Origin: an uncultured bacterium
GTDB taxonomy: Bacteria; Verrucomicrobiota; Kiritimatiellia; RFP12; UBA1067
Length of the DNA: 58,538 bases
NCBI GenBank assembly: GCA_902799715.1
Contig: CADCBS010000001.1
Location: 1 to 58,538, forward strand
Reading direction: 5' to 3'
In this document: positions 16,636 through 24,917 of the stretch, piece by piece
Numbering within the stretch: position 1 is the stretch's first letter
Layout of the letters: every line of letters begins with the position of its first letter
Translations under genes and position numbers: made by a program
The notes under the pieces: generated by a model
The model's database searches: none
Seen by the model: only the letters and a program-made list of their open reading frames with translations
What the model was told of the DNA's origin: nothing

Positions 16636-17193
16636 TGAGATTACGGTTCGTATGAAATCCTGTTCCCCTTGCGCAGTGGCGACCACCCCTTCAAAAACCT
16701 GAATGAGATTACGGTGCGTATGAAATCAAATTGCGAGTGTTTCGACTCTGGACATCCGACATTCGACATCCGGCATCATGGGGAGCGAATTCCGTTTGAT
16801 GGGGAGAGTTTGGGTTTCAACCATCGTCTAACAATGGAATCGCCCGCTTCTTCCCAAAATGAGATTACGGTGCGTATGAAATCCTGTTTCCCTTGCGCAG
16901 TGGCGTCCACCCCTTCAAAAACCTGAATGAGATTTCGGTTCGTATGAATTTGATTGGCCGTGGAGAAATCGGCCGTGCAGAAGTGCAGAACGTGTGGAAA
17001 ACCGGAAGGGCGCATGCCCTCATGCGCCGCAGCCCCTCCACCCAGAAATGAGATTACGGTTCGTATGAATTTGATTGGCCGTGGAGAAATCGGCCGTACA
17101 GAAGTGCAGAACGTGTGGAAAACCGGGAGGGCGCGTGTCCTCGTGCGCCGCAGCCCCTCCACCCAGAAATGAGATTACGGTTCGTATGAAAAT
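16636..17193 (+). repeat. Repeat array 2: six direct copies of the same 24-nt core (TGAGATTACGGTKCGTATGAAATC)
   Basis: Copies start at 16636, 16704, 16860, 16928, 17049 and 17170 (periods 68, 156, 68, 121, 121). Modules: B (44 nt, twice), one 132-nt module (16728-16859), D (97 nt, twice). Confidence 0.9.
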
Positions 17194-17306
17194 GACAAGC
17201 CGCCCTGCCGGTACGCCACGATACGGCAAGAAACAACCGGCGGCGGACGATAAGGGGCGCATCGCAGGAATTTGGTGCGCGCCGCCCTTGCCGTCGCGGC
17301 GGCCGC

Positions 17307-17334
17307 TTGTATTTGGCGCGGCGTTTGGTAAAAT
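17307..17334 (+). promoter_or_regulatory. Candidate promoter giving a leaderless or near-leaderless folate-ligase mRNA
   Basis: TTGTAT-16 nt-(TGG)TAAAAT, an extended -10. The -10 ends 7 nt before ATG 17342. Confidence 0.45.
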
Positions 17335-17341
17335 ACGCAAC

Positions 17342-18016
17342 ATGAAAACCGTTCTGGGGGCAACCGGATATCGCGTACGCGGAAATCGAATGGAAAACAG
17401 TTTGACAGGACTCGGAAAGTCCGGGCTGAGGCGCGAGATGAAGGCGCGGCGGAGGGGCCTTGCGGCCGCCGGGAAGGCCGCCGCCGATGCCGTCGTCTGC
17501 GGAAAGCTGACGGCGCGGAACGTCGCCGGCGGGACGGGCGGCGCGCCAGATTCCGGCGGAGCGCTCGCCGTGTATCTTGCCACGCCGGACGAAATCGACA
17601 TCGACCCCTACATCGAGCGCATGCTTCGGGCGGGCGTGGAAACGGTCGCACCGCGCTGGAACGGCGAGACGTACGAGCTCGCGAAATTGAAGGGCCTGGA
17701 CGGGAAGAATCTCCGGACCGGACCGATGGGGATCCGCGAGCCGGCCGACGCCGACATCGTGGAGCCGGAAGACGTCCATGCGTGGATCGTCCCCGGCCTT
17801 GCGTTTACGCGGAGCGGCAAGCGGCTCGGCTATGGCGGCGGATGGTACGACCGGTTCCTCGCCTCCGCGCCGGAAGGCACCGTGAAGATCGGCGTGGCCT
17901 ATTCGTTCCAGATTGTCGACGACCTTCCCGCGGAGCCGCACGACATCACGCTTGACGGCATAGTAGACGACTCGCCAGACCATGATTCGAAAGGAGACGC
18001 CAGATGGCAGACTTGA
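17342..18016 (+). CDS. 5-formyltetrahydrofolate cyclo-ligase
   Basis: Motifs LAVYLATPDEIDIDP and WIVPGLAFTRSGKRLGYGGGWYDRFL. The track ORF starts inside the repeat array. ATG 17342 preferred; 17390 is an alternative. Confidence 0.85.
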   Translation: MKTVLGATGYRVRGNRMENSLTGLGKSGLRREMKARRRGLAAAGKAAADAVVCGKLTARNVAGGTGGAPDSGGALAVYLATPDEIDIDPYIERMLRAGVETVAPRWNGETYELAKLKGLDGKNLRTGPMGIREPADADIVEPEDVHAWIVPGLAFTRSGKRLGYGGGWYDRFLASAPEGTVKIGVAYSFQIVDDLPAEPHDITLDGIVDDSPDHDSKGDARWQT

Positions 18017-18540
18017 CGGAAAAGACGCTCGCGACGGAGCGGAAGTACACGGGGAAGATCGTAAGCGTAGATCTGATAGACATCGAGCTGCCCGACGGGC
18101 GCAAGGCGAAGCGCGAGGTGATCCGCCACGGAAACGCGGTAGCGATACTCGCGCGCCGCCCCGACGGGAAGTTCGTGTTCGTGAAGCAGTACCGCAAGGC
18201 CGCGGAGGAGGCGCTGATCGAAGTGATCGCAGGCGGACTCGAGCCGGGCGAAGACCCCGTAGAAGGCGCGAAGCGCGAGACGGCGGAGGAGACGGGCTAC
18301 GAAGTGACCGGCATAAAGTACCTCACAACCGTCATCTGCACCCCCGGATACTGCGAAGAGCGCATCCACCTTTATTTCGCGGAACTTTCGGCGACGCCGC
18401 ATTCGCAGGACCAGGATCCCGACGAGAACGTATATCCCGTCGTCCTTTCCGAAGCCGAGGTCGAGGACGGCATCCGCAGCGGCGCGATTTTCGATTCGAA
18501 GACGCTGTCCGCCTGGCTTTGCTGGAAAATCGCGAAGTAG
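18004..18540 (+). CDS. NUDIX hydrolase, ADP-ribose pyrophosphatase-like
   Basis: Nudix box GGLEPGEDPVEGAKRETAEETGY and NudF-like N-terminus YTGKIVSVDLIDIELPDG. Overlaps the upstream gene by 13 nt. Confidence 0.9.
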   Translation: MADLTEKTLATERKYTGKIVSVDLIDIELPDGRKAKREVIRHGNAVAILARRPDGKFVFVKQYRKAAEEALIEVIAGGLEPGEDPVEGAKRETAEETGYEVTGIKYLTTVICTPGYCEERIHLYFAELSATPHSQDQDPDENVYPVVLSEAEVEDGIRSGAIFDSKTLSAWLCWKIAK

Positions 18541-18643
18541 CCGGAGCGGGCAGCGCCGGACGGGAATGCGGGCGTATGCCGCAGGCGGGCGCGAAACGGA
18601 CCGGCCGGCAAAACTGCAAAACATGGAAGGGAGCGTTTGAAAG

Positions 18644-19096
18644 ATGGATGCAAAGCGGATTAAAAAGTTCGCGCCATTGTGCGCATTGGCCATGGCCGCG
18701 GCATCGGGGTGCCTGTCGGCCGATGCGCCCGGCGGCCGGGCCGGCGAAGCGAAAGGAGAAGACGCCATGCAGGTTCGCATAGCGGAAATCGAGGTCTACC
18801 CCGAATGGTTAGAGGCGTATCTCGCCGCCGCAGGGTCGGTAGGGTCCGAATCGGTAGCGAAGGAGCCGGACGTGATCTGCATCTTCCCGATGCAGAAGAA
18901 GGATTCGCCCACGTCCATCCGCATCGTGGAGATCTACCGCAGCGAAGAGGCGTACAAGGCGCACCTCGCGACGCCGCACTTCCGCGCCTACAAGGAAGGG
19001 ACGCCGCACATGATCAAGTCGCTCGAGCTCGTGCCGATGCGGCCGCTCGACGAAAGCGGCATGAAGCGGATTTTCAGCAAGCAAGACCCGAACTGA
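18644..19096 (+). CDS. Lipoprotein with an antibiotic-biosynthesis-monooxygenase (ABM/Dabb) domain
   Basis: Lipobox AAASGC. ABM-like core VRIAEIEVYPEWLEAY...IVEIYRSEEAYKAHLATPHFRAYK. Confidence 0.8.
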   Translation: MDAKRIKKFAPLCALAMAAASGCLSADAPGGRAGEAKGEDAMQVRIAEIEVYPEWLEAYLAAAGSVGSESVAKEPDVICIFPMQKKDSPTSIRIVEIYRSEEAYKAHLATPHFRAYKEGTPHMIKSLELVPMRPLDESGMKRIFSKQDPN

Positions 19097-19134
19097 AAGC
19101 TGACGGTTCCGCGGGCGGCCGCGCCGCCGGAAGG

Positions 19135-20082
19135 TCAGGCGGCGCCGGCCTGCACGGCTGTCGCGGCGATGGTGTTTACGATATCGTCCACGGAGCAGCC
19201 GCGCGAAAGGTCGTTGCAGGGGCCGGCGAGCCCCTGAAGGACGGCGAAGCACGACGCGCCGCCCAGGCGCTGGGCGATCTTGTAGCCGATGTTGCCGGAC
19301 TGTAGATCCGGGAACACGAGCACGTTCGCGCGGCCTGCCACGGGGCTTCCCTTCGCCTTGAGCGCCGCGACATCGGGGACGAGCGCGGCGTCGAGCTGCA
19401 GCTCGCCGTCGATAAGAAGGTCCGGCGCGAGGGAATGCGCGATCGCGGTCGCCTTGCGCACCTTGTCGACGAGCGGGTGCTCCGCGCTGCCCTTCGACGA
19501 GAACGACAGCATGGCGACGCGCGGCTCGCCGAAGCCGCACAGCGCGCGGGCGGTGTCCGCCGTCGCCACAGCGATGTTCGCAAGCTCCTCCGCGTCCGGG
19601 CACGGGTTCACGACGCAATCCGCCAGGACGAGGAGTCCGTCCTCGCCGAATTCCGCGACCCGGCTTTCCAGCAGGAAGGCGGAAGAGACGAGTTTCATCC
19701 CCGGCGCGGTCTTGACGATCTGGAGCGCGGGGCGAAGCATGTCGCCGGTCGAGTGGACGGCACCGGACACGAGACCGTCCGCATCGCCTTCCTTGACCAT
19801 CATCATTCCGTAGTACATCGGGTCCGCCGCCAGCGCGGCGGCGGCCTCGCGGGTGAGGCCCTTCGCCTTGCGGAGCTCGTACAGCGCGTCCGCATACGCA
19901 TCGAGGCGGGATTTGTTCTCCGGCCGCGCGATGGCCCCGGGCGTGAGCAGGACAGGCTCCGCGACGCCTTCCGCCGCGACAATCCCCGCCGCCTCGACCG
20001 TGCGTGGCTCGTCGCCCTCGGGCAGGACGATGCGTTTCACGGAGGCGCGCGCCTTAGCCTTGATTTTCTCCATTATCTTCAT
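19135..20082 (-). CDS. pta: Phosphate acetyl/butyryl-transferase (short Pta/Ptb type)
   Basis: RIVLPEGDEPRTVEAA...DPMYYGMMMVKEGDADGLVSGAVHSTGDMLRPALQIVKT. Sits directly downstream of buk. Confidence 0.9.
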   Translation of the reverse strand: MKIMEKIKAKARASVKRIVLPEGDEPRTVEAAGIVAAEGVAEPVLLTPGAIARPENKSRLDAYADALYELRKAKGLTREAAAALAADPMYYGMMMVKEGDADGLVSGAVHSTGDMLRPALQIVKTAPGMKLVSSAFLLESRVAEFGEDGLLVLADCVVNPCPDAEELANIAVATADTARALCGFGEPRVAMLSFSSKGSAEHPLVDKVRKATAIAHSLAPDLLIDGELQLDAALVPDVAALKAKGSPVAGRANVLVFPDLQSGNIGYKIAQRLGGASCFAVLQGLAGPCNDLSRGCSVDDIVNTIAATAVQAGAA

Positions 20083-20098
20083 TCCGGTCTCCTTCCGG

Positions 20099-21214
20099 TC
20101 AAAGATCCATCCCCTCGAAACCCTGCCACACGTCGCGCCCGGAATAGACGAGCGCGGTGCGTTCCCCGCGCAGCACCTTGAGCGCGGAAAGCGCGAGCGC
20201 CTCCTGCTCCATCTCCCCCGGATACGCGGCGACGGGCGCGATGAACCCGCAGCGCGTCTTTACGCCTTCCACGATGTCGGCGAAGCGGACCAGTCCGCCG
20301 GTGAGGACGATACCGTCCACCTTCCCGCAGAGGACCGTCGCCATCTCGCCTATCAGCTTGCATATCTGGTAGATCATCGTGTTCCAGACGAGCGTGGCCT
20401 TCCTGTCGCCTTTGTCCACGAGCGCGTGGATCGTGTCGGCGTTGGAAGTGCCGAAGAAATCGACGAACCCGCCGGCGCGCGTGCAGCGCAGGCGCAGGTC
20501 GTCCGCGGAATGCGTCTCGAGGTAGTCGAGCACCGTCAAGACCGGCAGCGATCCGATGCGGGTGGGTGTGAACGCGCCGTCGCCGTCGGCGCCCATGTTG
20601 CTGTCGACCAGCCTGCCGCGCTCGTGGGCGCCCACGGTGATGCCGCCGTCTATGTGCGCTACGATGAAGTTGCAGTCCTCGTATCTGCGGCCGGTCTTGG
20701 CGGCGTGGTACTCGGCCACGGCCTTCTGGTTCAGGCAGTGCGTGTGCGAAAAGCGGTACACGCCCTTTACGCCGGTGAGGCGCGCGCAGTCGCAGAACTC
20801 GTCCACTATCGTGGAGTTGAGCGTGAAGGCGGACTTGCCGAACTCTTCGGCGAACTTCCACGCGAGCATCACCCCGAGCTTGGCGGGATGCTCCGAGCCG
20901 TCGACGCCCTTCACGGCGTCGTCGTAGAGGTTCCGGTCGACGCGTATGACGCCGCTGGGCTGGGAGTGCGTCCCGCCGCAGCGGCCGACGAACGCATCTA
21001 TCGAGTGCGGGTCCACCCCCTCCGCCTTCAGCATGTCGAGAATCACGCCGCGCCGGAAGGGCATCTGGTCGTTCACGTGCGAAAACTTCAGAAGCTCGGA
21101 CGCTTCGTGGAAAAGCTTCCGCTCGAAGACCGGCGTCTCGTCCTCGAAAAGGCTGACTTTCGTCGAAGTCGAGCCCGGGTTTATCACAAGCAGCCTGAAT
21201 CTGCCGTCTTTCAT
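20099..21214 (-). CDS. buk: Butyrate (short-chain acyl) kinase
   Basis: MKDGRFRLLVINPGSTSTKVSLFED...AHIDGGITVGAHERGRLVDSN. Start ATG 21214 has GAGGTGGAA upstream; 21229 is an alternative. The rest of track ORF 20099..23413 is spurious. Confidence 0.9.
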   Translation of the reverse strand: MKDGRFRLLVINPGSTSTKVSLFEDETPVFERKLFHEASELLKFSHVNDQMPFRRGVILDMLKAEGVDPHSIDAFVGRCGGTHSQPSGVIRVDRNLYDDAVKGVDGSEHPAKLGVMLAWKFAEEFGKSAFTLNSTIVDEFCDCARLTGVKGVYRFSHTHCLNQKAVAEYHAAKTGRRYEDCNFIVAHIDGGITVGAHERGRLVDSNMGADGDGAFTPTRIGSLPVLTVLDYLETHSADDLRLRCTRAGGFVDFFGTSNADTIHALVDKGDRKATLVWNTMIYQICKLIGEMATVLCGKVDGIVLTGGLVRFADIVEGVKTRCGFIAPVAAYPGEMEQEALALSALKVLRGERTALVYSGRDVWQGFEGMDL

Positions 21215-21369
21215 TTCCACCTCGTTCATGTGGAAGCCGGCGTTCCGGACGGTTCCGCCGTCCGGGCCGCAGCCTGCTTCCGCCGTTTGTTTTTGCCGAT
21301 GCGATTGCCTGCTATTATACCAAAAAACCGGGAGGCGGTGGCGATCGCCGGCACGTGGAGTGGCGGCAA

Positions 21370-22365
21370 TCAGCCCGGGGATTTTTCCGGCGATCCGGGT
21401 CCGAAGTCGTGCGGGCCGATCCGCAGCGGGGCGCGGGGGATCGCGGCGGGATCGAAATCGCGCAGAAGCGACTGCAGCGTGCGCGGGCGGGCGTCGGGCG
21501 AGAGGCCGGAGCGGAAAGCGAGAAAACCGATGACGGATCCGGGACTGGCGCCGGCGAGCCGGTATGCGGAGACGCGCGTGTCGCCGTGGCGCTTTGCGAG
21601 GCGCATGCCGTCCATGCCGGTGACGAGCGGAACGTGGAAAGTCGCGGGGAAGGCGAATCCGAGGGCGGCGGCCACCATCATCTGCGCCGGAGTGGCGGGC
21701 AGGAGGTCGTCGCCGCGGACTATTTCGGTTACGCCCTGGAGGTGGTCGTCCACGACGGATGCGAGCATATAGCCGGCGCCGCCGGGGTCGCGCGCGAGGG
21801 GGAAATCGCCGAGCCGCGCGGGGACGTCCATCGAATACGCGCCGGCGAAGCCGTCGGAGAAAGAGACCGTTCCGCGCGGGGCGAAGGCGGCGAGAGCGGG
21901 ATGGGACGAATAGAACCGCCACAGCGGGACGCGCGGGGCGCAGGACGCGGCGGCGGCCTCCCACGAGGGGAAGCGGCCGCGGCACGTGCCGGGGTAGTGC
22001 AGCTGTTCGCCGGCGTGGGGGGCGGACTGCGCGCGTTCGACGTCGGCGCGGGAACAGACGCAAGGGTATGCGAAGCCGGCGGCGGCGAGGCGCAAAAGGG
22101 CGGCGCCGTATATTCCGCGCCGGGAAGACTGGACGGTGCATCCGCCGTCCCAGTCGAAGCCGAGCCACCGGAGGTCGTCGAGCGCGGCCTGGGCGGCGCC
22201 CGGCTTGCAGTGCGGGTGGTCGAGATCCTCCATGCGCATCAGGATGCGGCCGCCGGCGGAGCGCGCGCGCAGCCATGCAATCATGAAAGTGCGTACGTTG
22301 CCCAGGTGGAGCGCGCCTGTCGGCGAAGGGGCGAGGCGGCCTACATACCGCTGCGGCAGCGGCAT
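21370..22365 (-). CDS. gluQ: tRNA glutamyl-Q(34) synthetase (GluQRS)
   Basis: YVGRLAPSPTGALHLGNVRTFMIAWLRARSAGGRILMRMEDLD (class I HIGH-type motif), truncated GluRS length. Confidence 0.9.
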   Translation of the reverse strand: MPLPQRYVGRLAPSPTGALHLGNVRTFMIAWLRARSAGGRILMRMEDLDHPHCKPGAAQAALDDLRWLGFDWDGGCTVQSSRRGIYGAALLRLAAAGFAYPCVCSRADVERAQSAPHAGEQLHYPGTCRGRFPSWEAAAASCAPRVPLWRFYSSHPALAAFAPRGTVSFSDGFAGAYSMDVPARLGDFPLARDPGGAGYMLASVVDDHLQGVTEIVRGDDLLPATPAQMMVAAALGFAFPATFHVPLVTGMDGMRLAKRHGDTRVSAYRLAGASPGSVIGFLAFRSGLSPDARPRTLQSLLRDFDPAAIPRAPLRIGPHDFGPGSPEKSPG

Positions 22366-24015
22366 CTACCGCTCCTGCCAGTAGAGGCGCCAGGCCTGGA
22401 CGAAATCCGACATGCCGTCGGCGTCGCCGAACGCGGCGCGCGTGGCGGCGGCGCTGCTGCGCGTGTCGCGCAGCGCGGCGAAGCATCCGGGGATGACATT
22501 GCGGAACGGGCGGCCGTTGAGGGCGGGCGCGCCGTCTTCGGAAACGAGGAACCAGCATATCGACCATGCGAGGGCGTACCGGATGGAGCATTCGCGGGGC
22601 GAGCCGGCGTAGAACTGCGGGTAGTCGGCGGAGACGAGCTGGGGAAAGAGTTCGGGCATTGCGGGGGCGAGAGCCCTGGCTATTGCGGCGTAGCGTTCGT
22701 TGAACACGAATTCGACGCCGGGCGCGAGGCGGGAGCTGGAGAAAAGCTCGGCGAGGCCCTCGTTGAACCAAGGCGGGGCGGAAGCGCCGGCCGCGGCGTA
22801 GAAAAGGAACTGGTGGAACGCCTCGTGGCGGACGATCGCGTCGAGGCCGTCGTCGGCCGTGGCGTCCTGGAGGTTCATGACAAGTTCGCGGCGGGAAGGC
22901 ATCCAGACGGCCGCGGAGCCTTCGTGGCCGGGACCGGAGGAATTGTCGAGGTATGCGTGGTAGTCGGCGTTTCCGGCGAACACGCGGACGAGGGCGAGCG
23001 AGTTGGTGACAGGGAGCGGGGGAGGGAGGGAGGAGAGTTCGTCGCGGGACGGTGCGGGGATGCGGCCCTGGAGGACGTCGGCGTAAGCGCGGCGGATCCG
23101 CGGAAGGCCGTTTGTGAGGGAAGAGACGAAAGCGCGGCCCACGGCATCGGGCAGGCAGTCGGCCACTGTGACCTCGGCGGTGTCGGAGACTGTCCATTGC
23201 GGATAGTCGGCGAAAGCCTCGTGGACGGCCTTGCGGCGCGCGCGTCCGTCGAGCGGGAGGGTGTCGTCGCCGGGCAATGGCGGGGGCGTGCGGCGGCCGC
23301 GGCCGGGGATGGATATGCGCGAGAGGAACTCGGCCCTGAAGCGCTTTTCGGCCGCGGGGTCGGGGCTGGAGTCCGGGGAATCGCCTGCGGGGACGAACGC
23401 GACCATGCGCCATTCCTGGCGGTCGGACCAGTCGGAGCGTTTAGGGAGGAACGCGTACACGAGCGCTCCCGGGGATTCGGCGGAGAAGTACTGGAGCAGG
23501 CGGGAGATGGCGGGGTTGGCCGGGCGGAGCTGCCGGGGGCCGCTTGAGATGGCGACCGGGCAGGCGGATATCACGGCTTCTGTGAGGGATCCGACGGAAT
23601 CCCGATCGCCGCCGAAGGCGGAGTCGTCGCGCGTGCGCCACGATTCCCAGTCCTCGTAGGAAATCCAGTTGCGGAATTCCGGAAGGCGCGTGCGGAAACG
23701 CGCGACCCAGAGGACGTTGGAAGAGCGGTCGGTCCATCTGCCCACGACGGTAGAGGCGGCCCAGAGGTCGACAGGGTCGTACCTGTCGACGACGGTTGGA
23801 TGGCCGCCGGCTCCGGCGGCGGGCAGGGAAGCCGCGACGAGGGGGGATGCGATAGGGTCGCCGCGGCCGCCGTGGAGGGAGGGCATGGAAAGTCCGGCGG
23901 AAGGGAACCAGCGCGGGGCGTCGAAAGAGAAGTCCGCGCGGACAGGCGCGGCGCGGAGGGCCAGCGCGGCCGCGAGCGCCGCGGCGATGGACCGTATGGC
24001 GGCGGGCGGGTTCAT
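22366..24015 (-). CDS. Secreted hypothetical protein with a DUF1570-like HExxHQ metallopeptidase-type motif
   Basis: Signal peptide [28 protein letters not shown]-terminal [13 protein letters not shown]...[10 protein letters not shown]. Start ATG 24015 overlaps the cysE stop (ATGA). The stop abuts the gluQ start. Confidence 0.75.
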   Translation of the reverse strand: MNPPAAIRSIAAALAAALALRAAPVRADFSFDAPRWFPSAGLSMPSLHGGRGDPIASPLVAASLPAAGAGGHPTVVDRYDPVDLWAASTVVGRWTDRSSNVLWVARFRTRLPEFRNWISYEDWESWRTRDDSAFGGDRDSVGSLTEAVISACPVAISSGPRQLRPANPAISRLLQYFSAESPGALVYAFLPKRSDWSDRQEWRMVAFVPAGDSPDSSPDPAAEKRFRAEFLSRISIPGRGRRTPPPLPGDDTLPLDGRARRKAVHEAFADYPQWTVSDTAEVTVADCLPDAVGRAFVSSLTNGLPRIRRAYADVLQGRIPAPSRDELSSLPPPLPVTNSLALVRVFAGNADYHAYLDNSSGPGHEGSAAVWMPSRRELVMNLQDATADDGLDAIVRHEAFHQFLFYAAAGASAPPWFNEGLAELFSSSRLAPGVEFVFNERYAAIARALAPAMPELFPQLVSADYPQFYAGSPRECSIRYALAWSICWFLVSEDGAPALNGRPFRNVIPGCFAALRDTRSSAAATRAAFGDADGMSDFVQAWRLYWQER

Positions 24016-24917
24016 TTGCGGCCTTGGCCGTTTTTCTTCGAGACGACGACCGGGTCGGGCGCCTGGCAGTAGACGCGCGAGCCCGGGGGCACGGACGACG
24101 TGAGCCAGACGTTGCCGCCGATCACGGAGCCGGAGCCGATGAAAGTGTCGCCGCCGAGGATGGTGGCGCCGGCGTAGATCACGACGTCGTCGCCGACGCC
24201 GGGGTGGCGGTGGACGCCCTTCACGAGGACGCCGGTGACGGGATCCTTGGCGAAGGAGAGCGCGCCGAGGGTGACGCCCTGGTAGAGCTTCACGTTCCTG
24301 CCGATGACGCAAGTCTCGCCGATGACGACGCCGGTGCCGTGGTCTATGAAGAAGCGCGGGCCGATCTTGGCGCCCGGATGGATGTCGATGCCCGTCTTGG
24401 AGTGTGCGATTTCCGACATCATGCGCGGGATCAGCGGAACGTCGAGCATGTAGAGGGCGTGGGCGATCCGGTGCACGGTTATGGCGTACATGCCGGGGTA
24501 GGCGAGCACGACTTCGGCGACGGACTTGGCGGCGGGGTCGCCCTCGTAGGCGGCGACGGCGTCCTGCTGCAGGATTTCGCGAAGGTCCGGAAGGCCGAGC
24601 ACGAATTCGCGGGCGATTCCGGCGGCCCTGCGGCGGCGCGCCGGCGGGTCGTCGGGCCCCTTGCCGCCGCACTGCGGGGCGAGGGCGCCGAAGGCGAGGC
24701 GTTCGAGCGACGCGGCGATGGCGGCGATGGCGCGTTCGAGGCCCTCCTTGCCGGATGCGTGGGAAGCGGCGGCGCCGCTGCATCCGGGGAAAAGCACGGC
24801 CATTACGCGGCCGAGGAGCGCGCCCACGCCGACGGTGCGCGGCAGGCCCTTGCACGGGCAGTTCCGGGCGGCGCGCCCGGCTTCGAGCCGTGCGGCGGCT
24901 TCGGCGGCGAAATTCAT
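24012..24917 (-). CDS. cysE: Serine O-acetyltransferase
   Basis: [17 protein letters not shown]...[30 protein letters not shown] hexapeptide region. ATG 24917 overlaps the metXW stop (ATGA). Confidence 0.9.
   Translation of the reverse strand: MNFAAEAAARLEAGRAARNCPCKGLPRTVGVGALLGRVMAVLFPGCSGAAASHASGKEGLERAIAAIAASLERLAFGALAPQCGGKGPDDPPARRRRAAGIAREFVLGLPDLREILQQDAVAAYEGDPAAKSVAEVVLAYPGMYAITVHRIAHALYMLDVPLIPRMMSEIAHSKTGIDIHPGAKIGPRFFIDHGTGVVIGETCVIGRNVKLYQGVTLGALSFAKDPVTGVLVKGVHRHPGVGDDVVIYAGATILGGDTFIGSGSVIGGNVWLTSSVPPGSRVYCQAPDPVVVSKKNGQGRK

Noticed and set aside
16652-17172. Small ORFs that start at the ATG inside the core and end at a TGA at the next core (for example MKSCSPCAVATTPSKT, MNLIGRGEIGRAEVQNVWKTGRAHALMRRSPSTQK, MKSDSPRSLAGRLVPKPLQTARNPHKP), a possible tandem peptide or RiPP precursor array.
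   Set aside because: No Shine-Dalgarno sequence precedes the ATG, unlike real genes here. The 1-2-nt indels among type-A copies shift the frame and change the peptide completely in two of four copies. The differences between the two D copies are mostly non-synonymous. The sequence TGAAKTGAGA closes two of three frames at every core, so ending at the next repeat is expected by chance.
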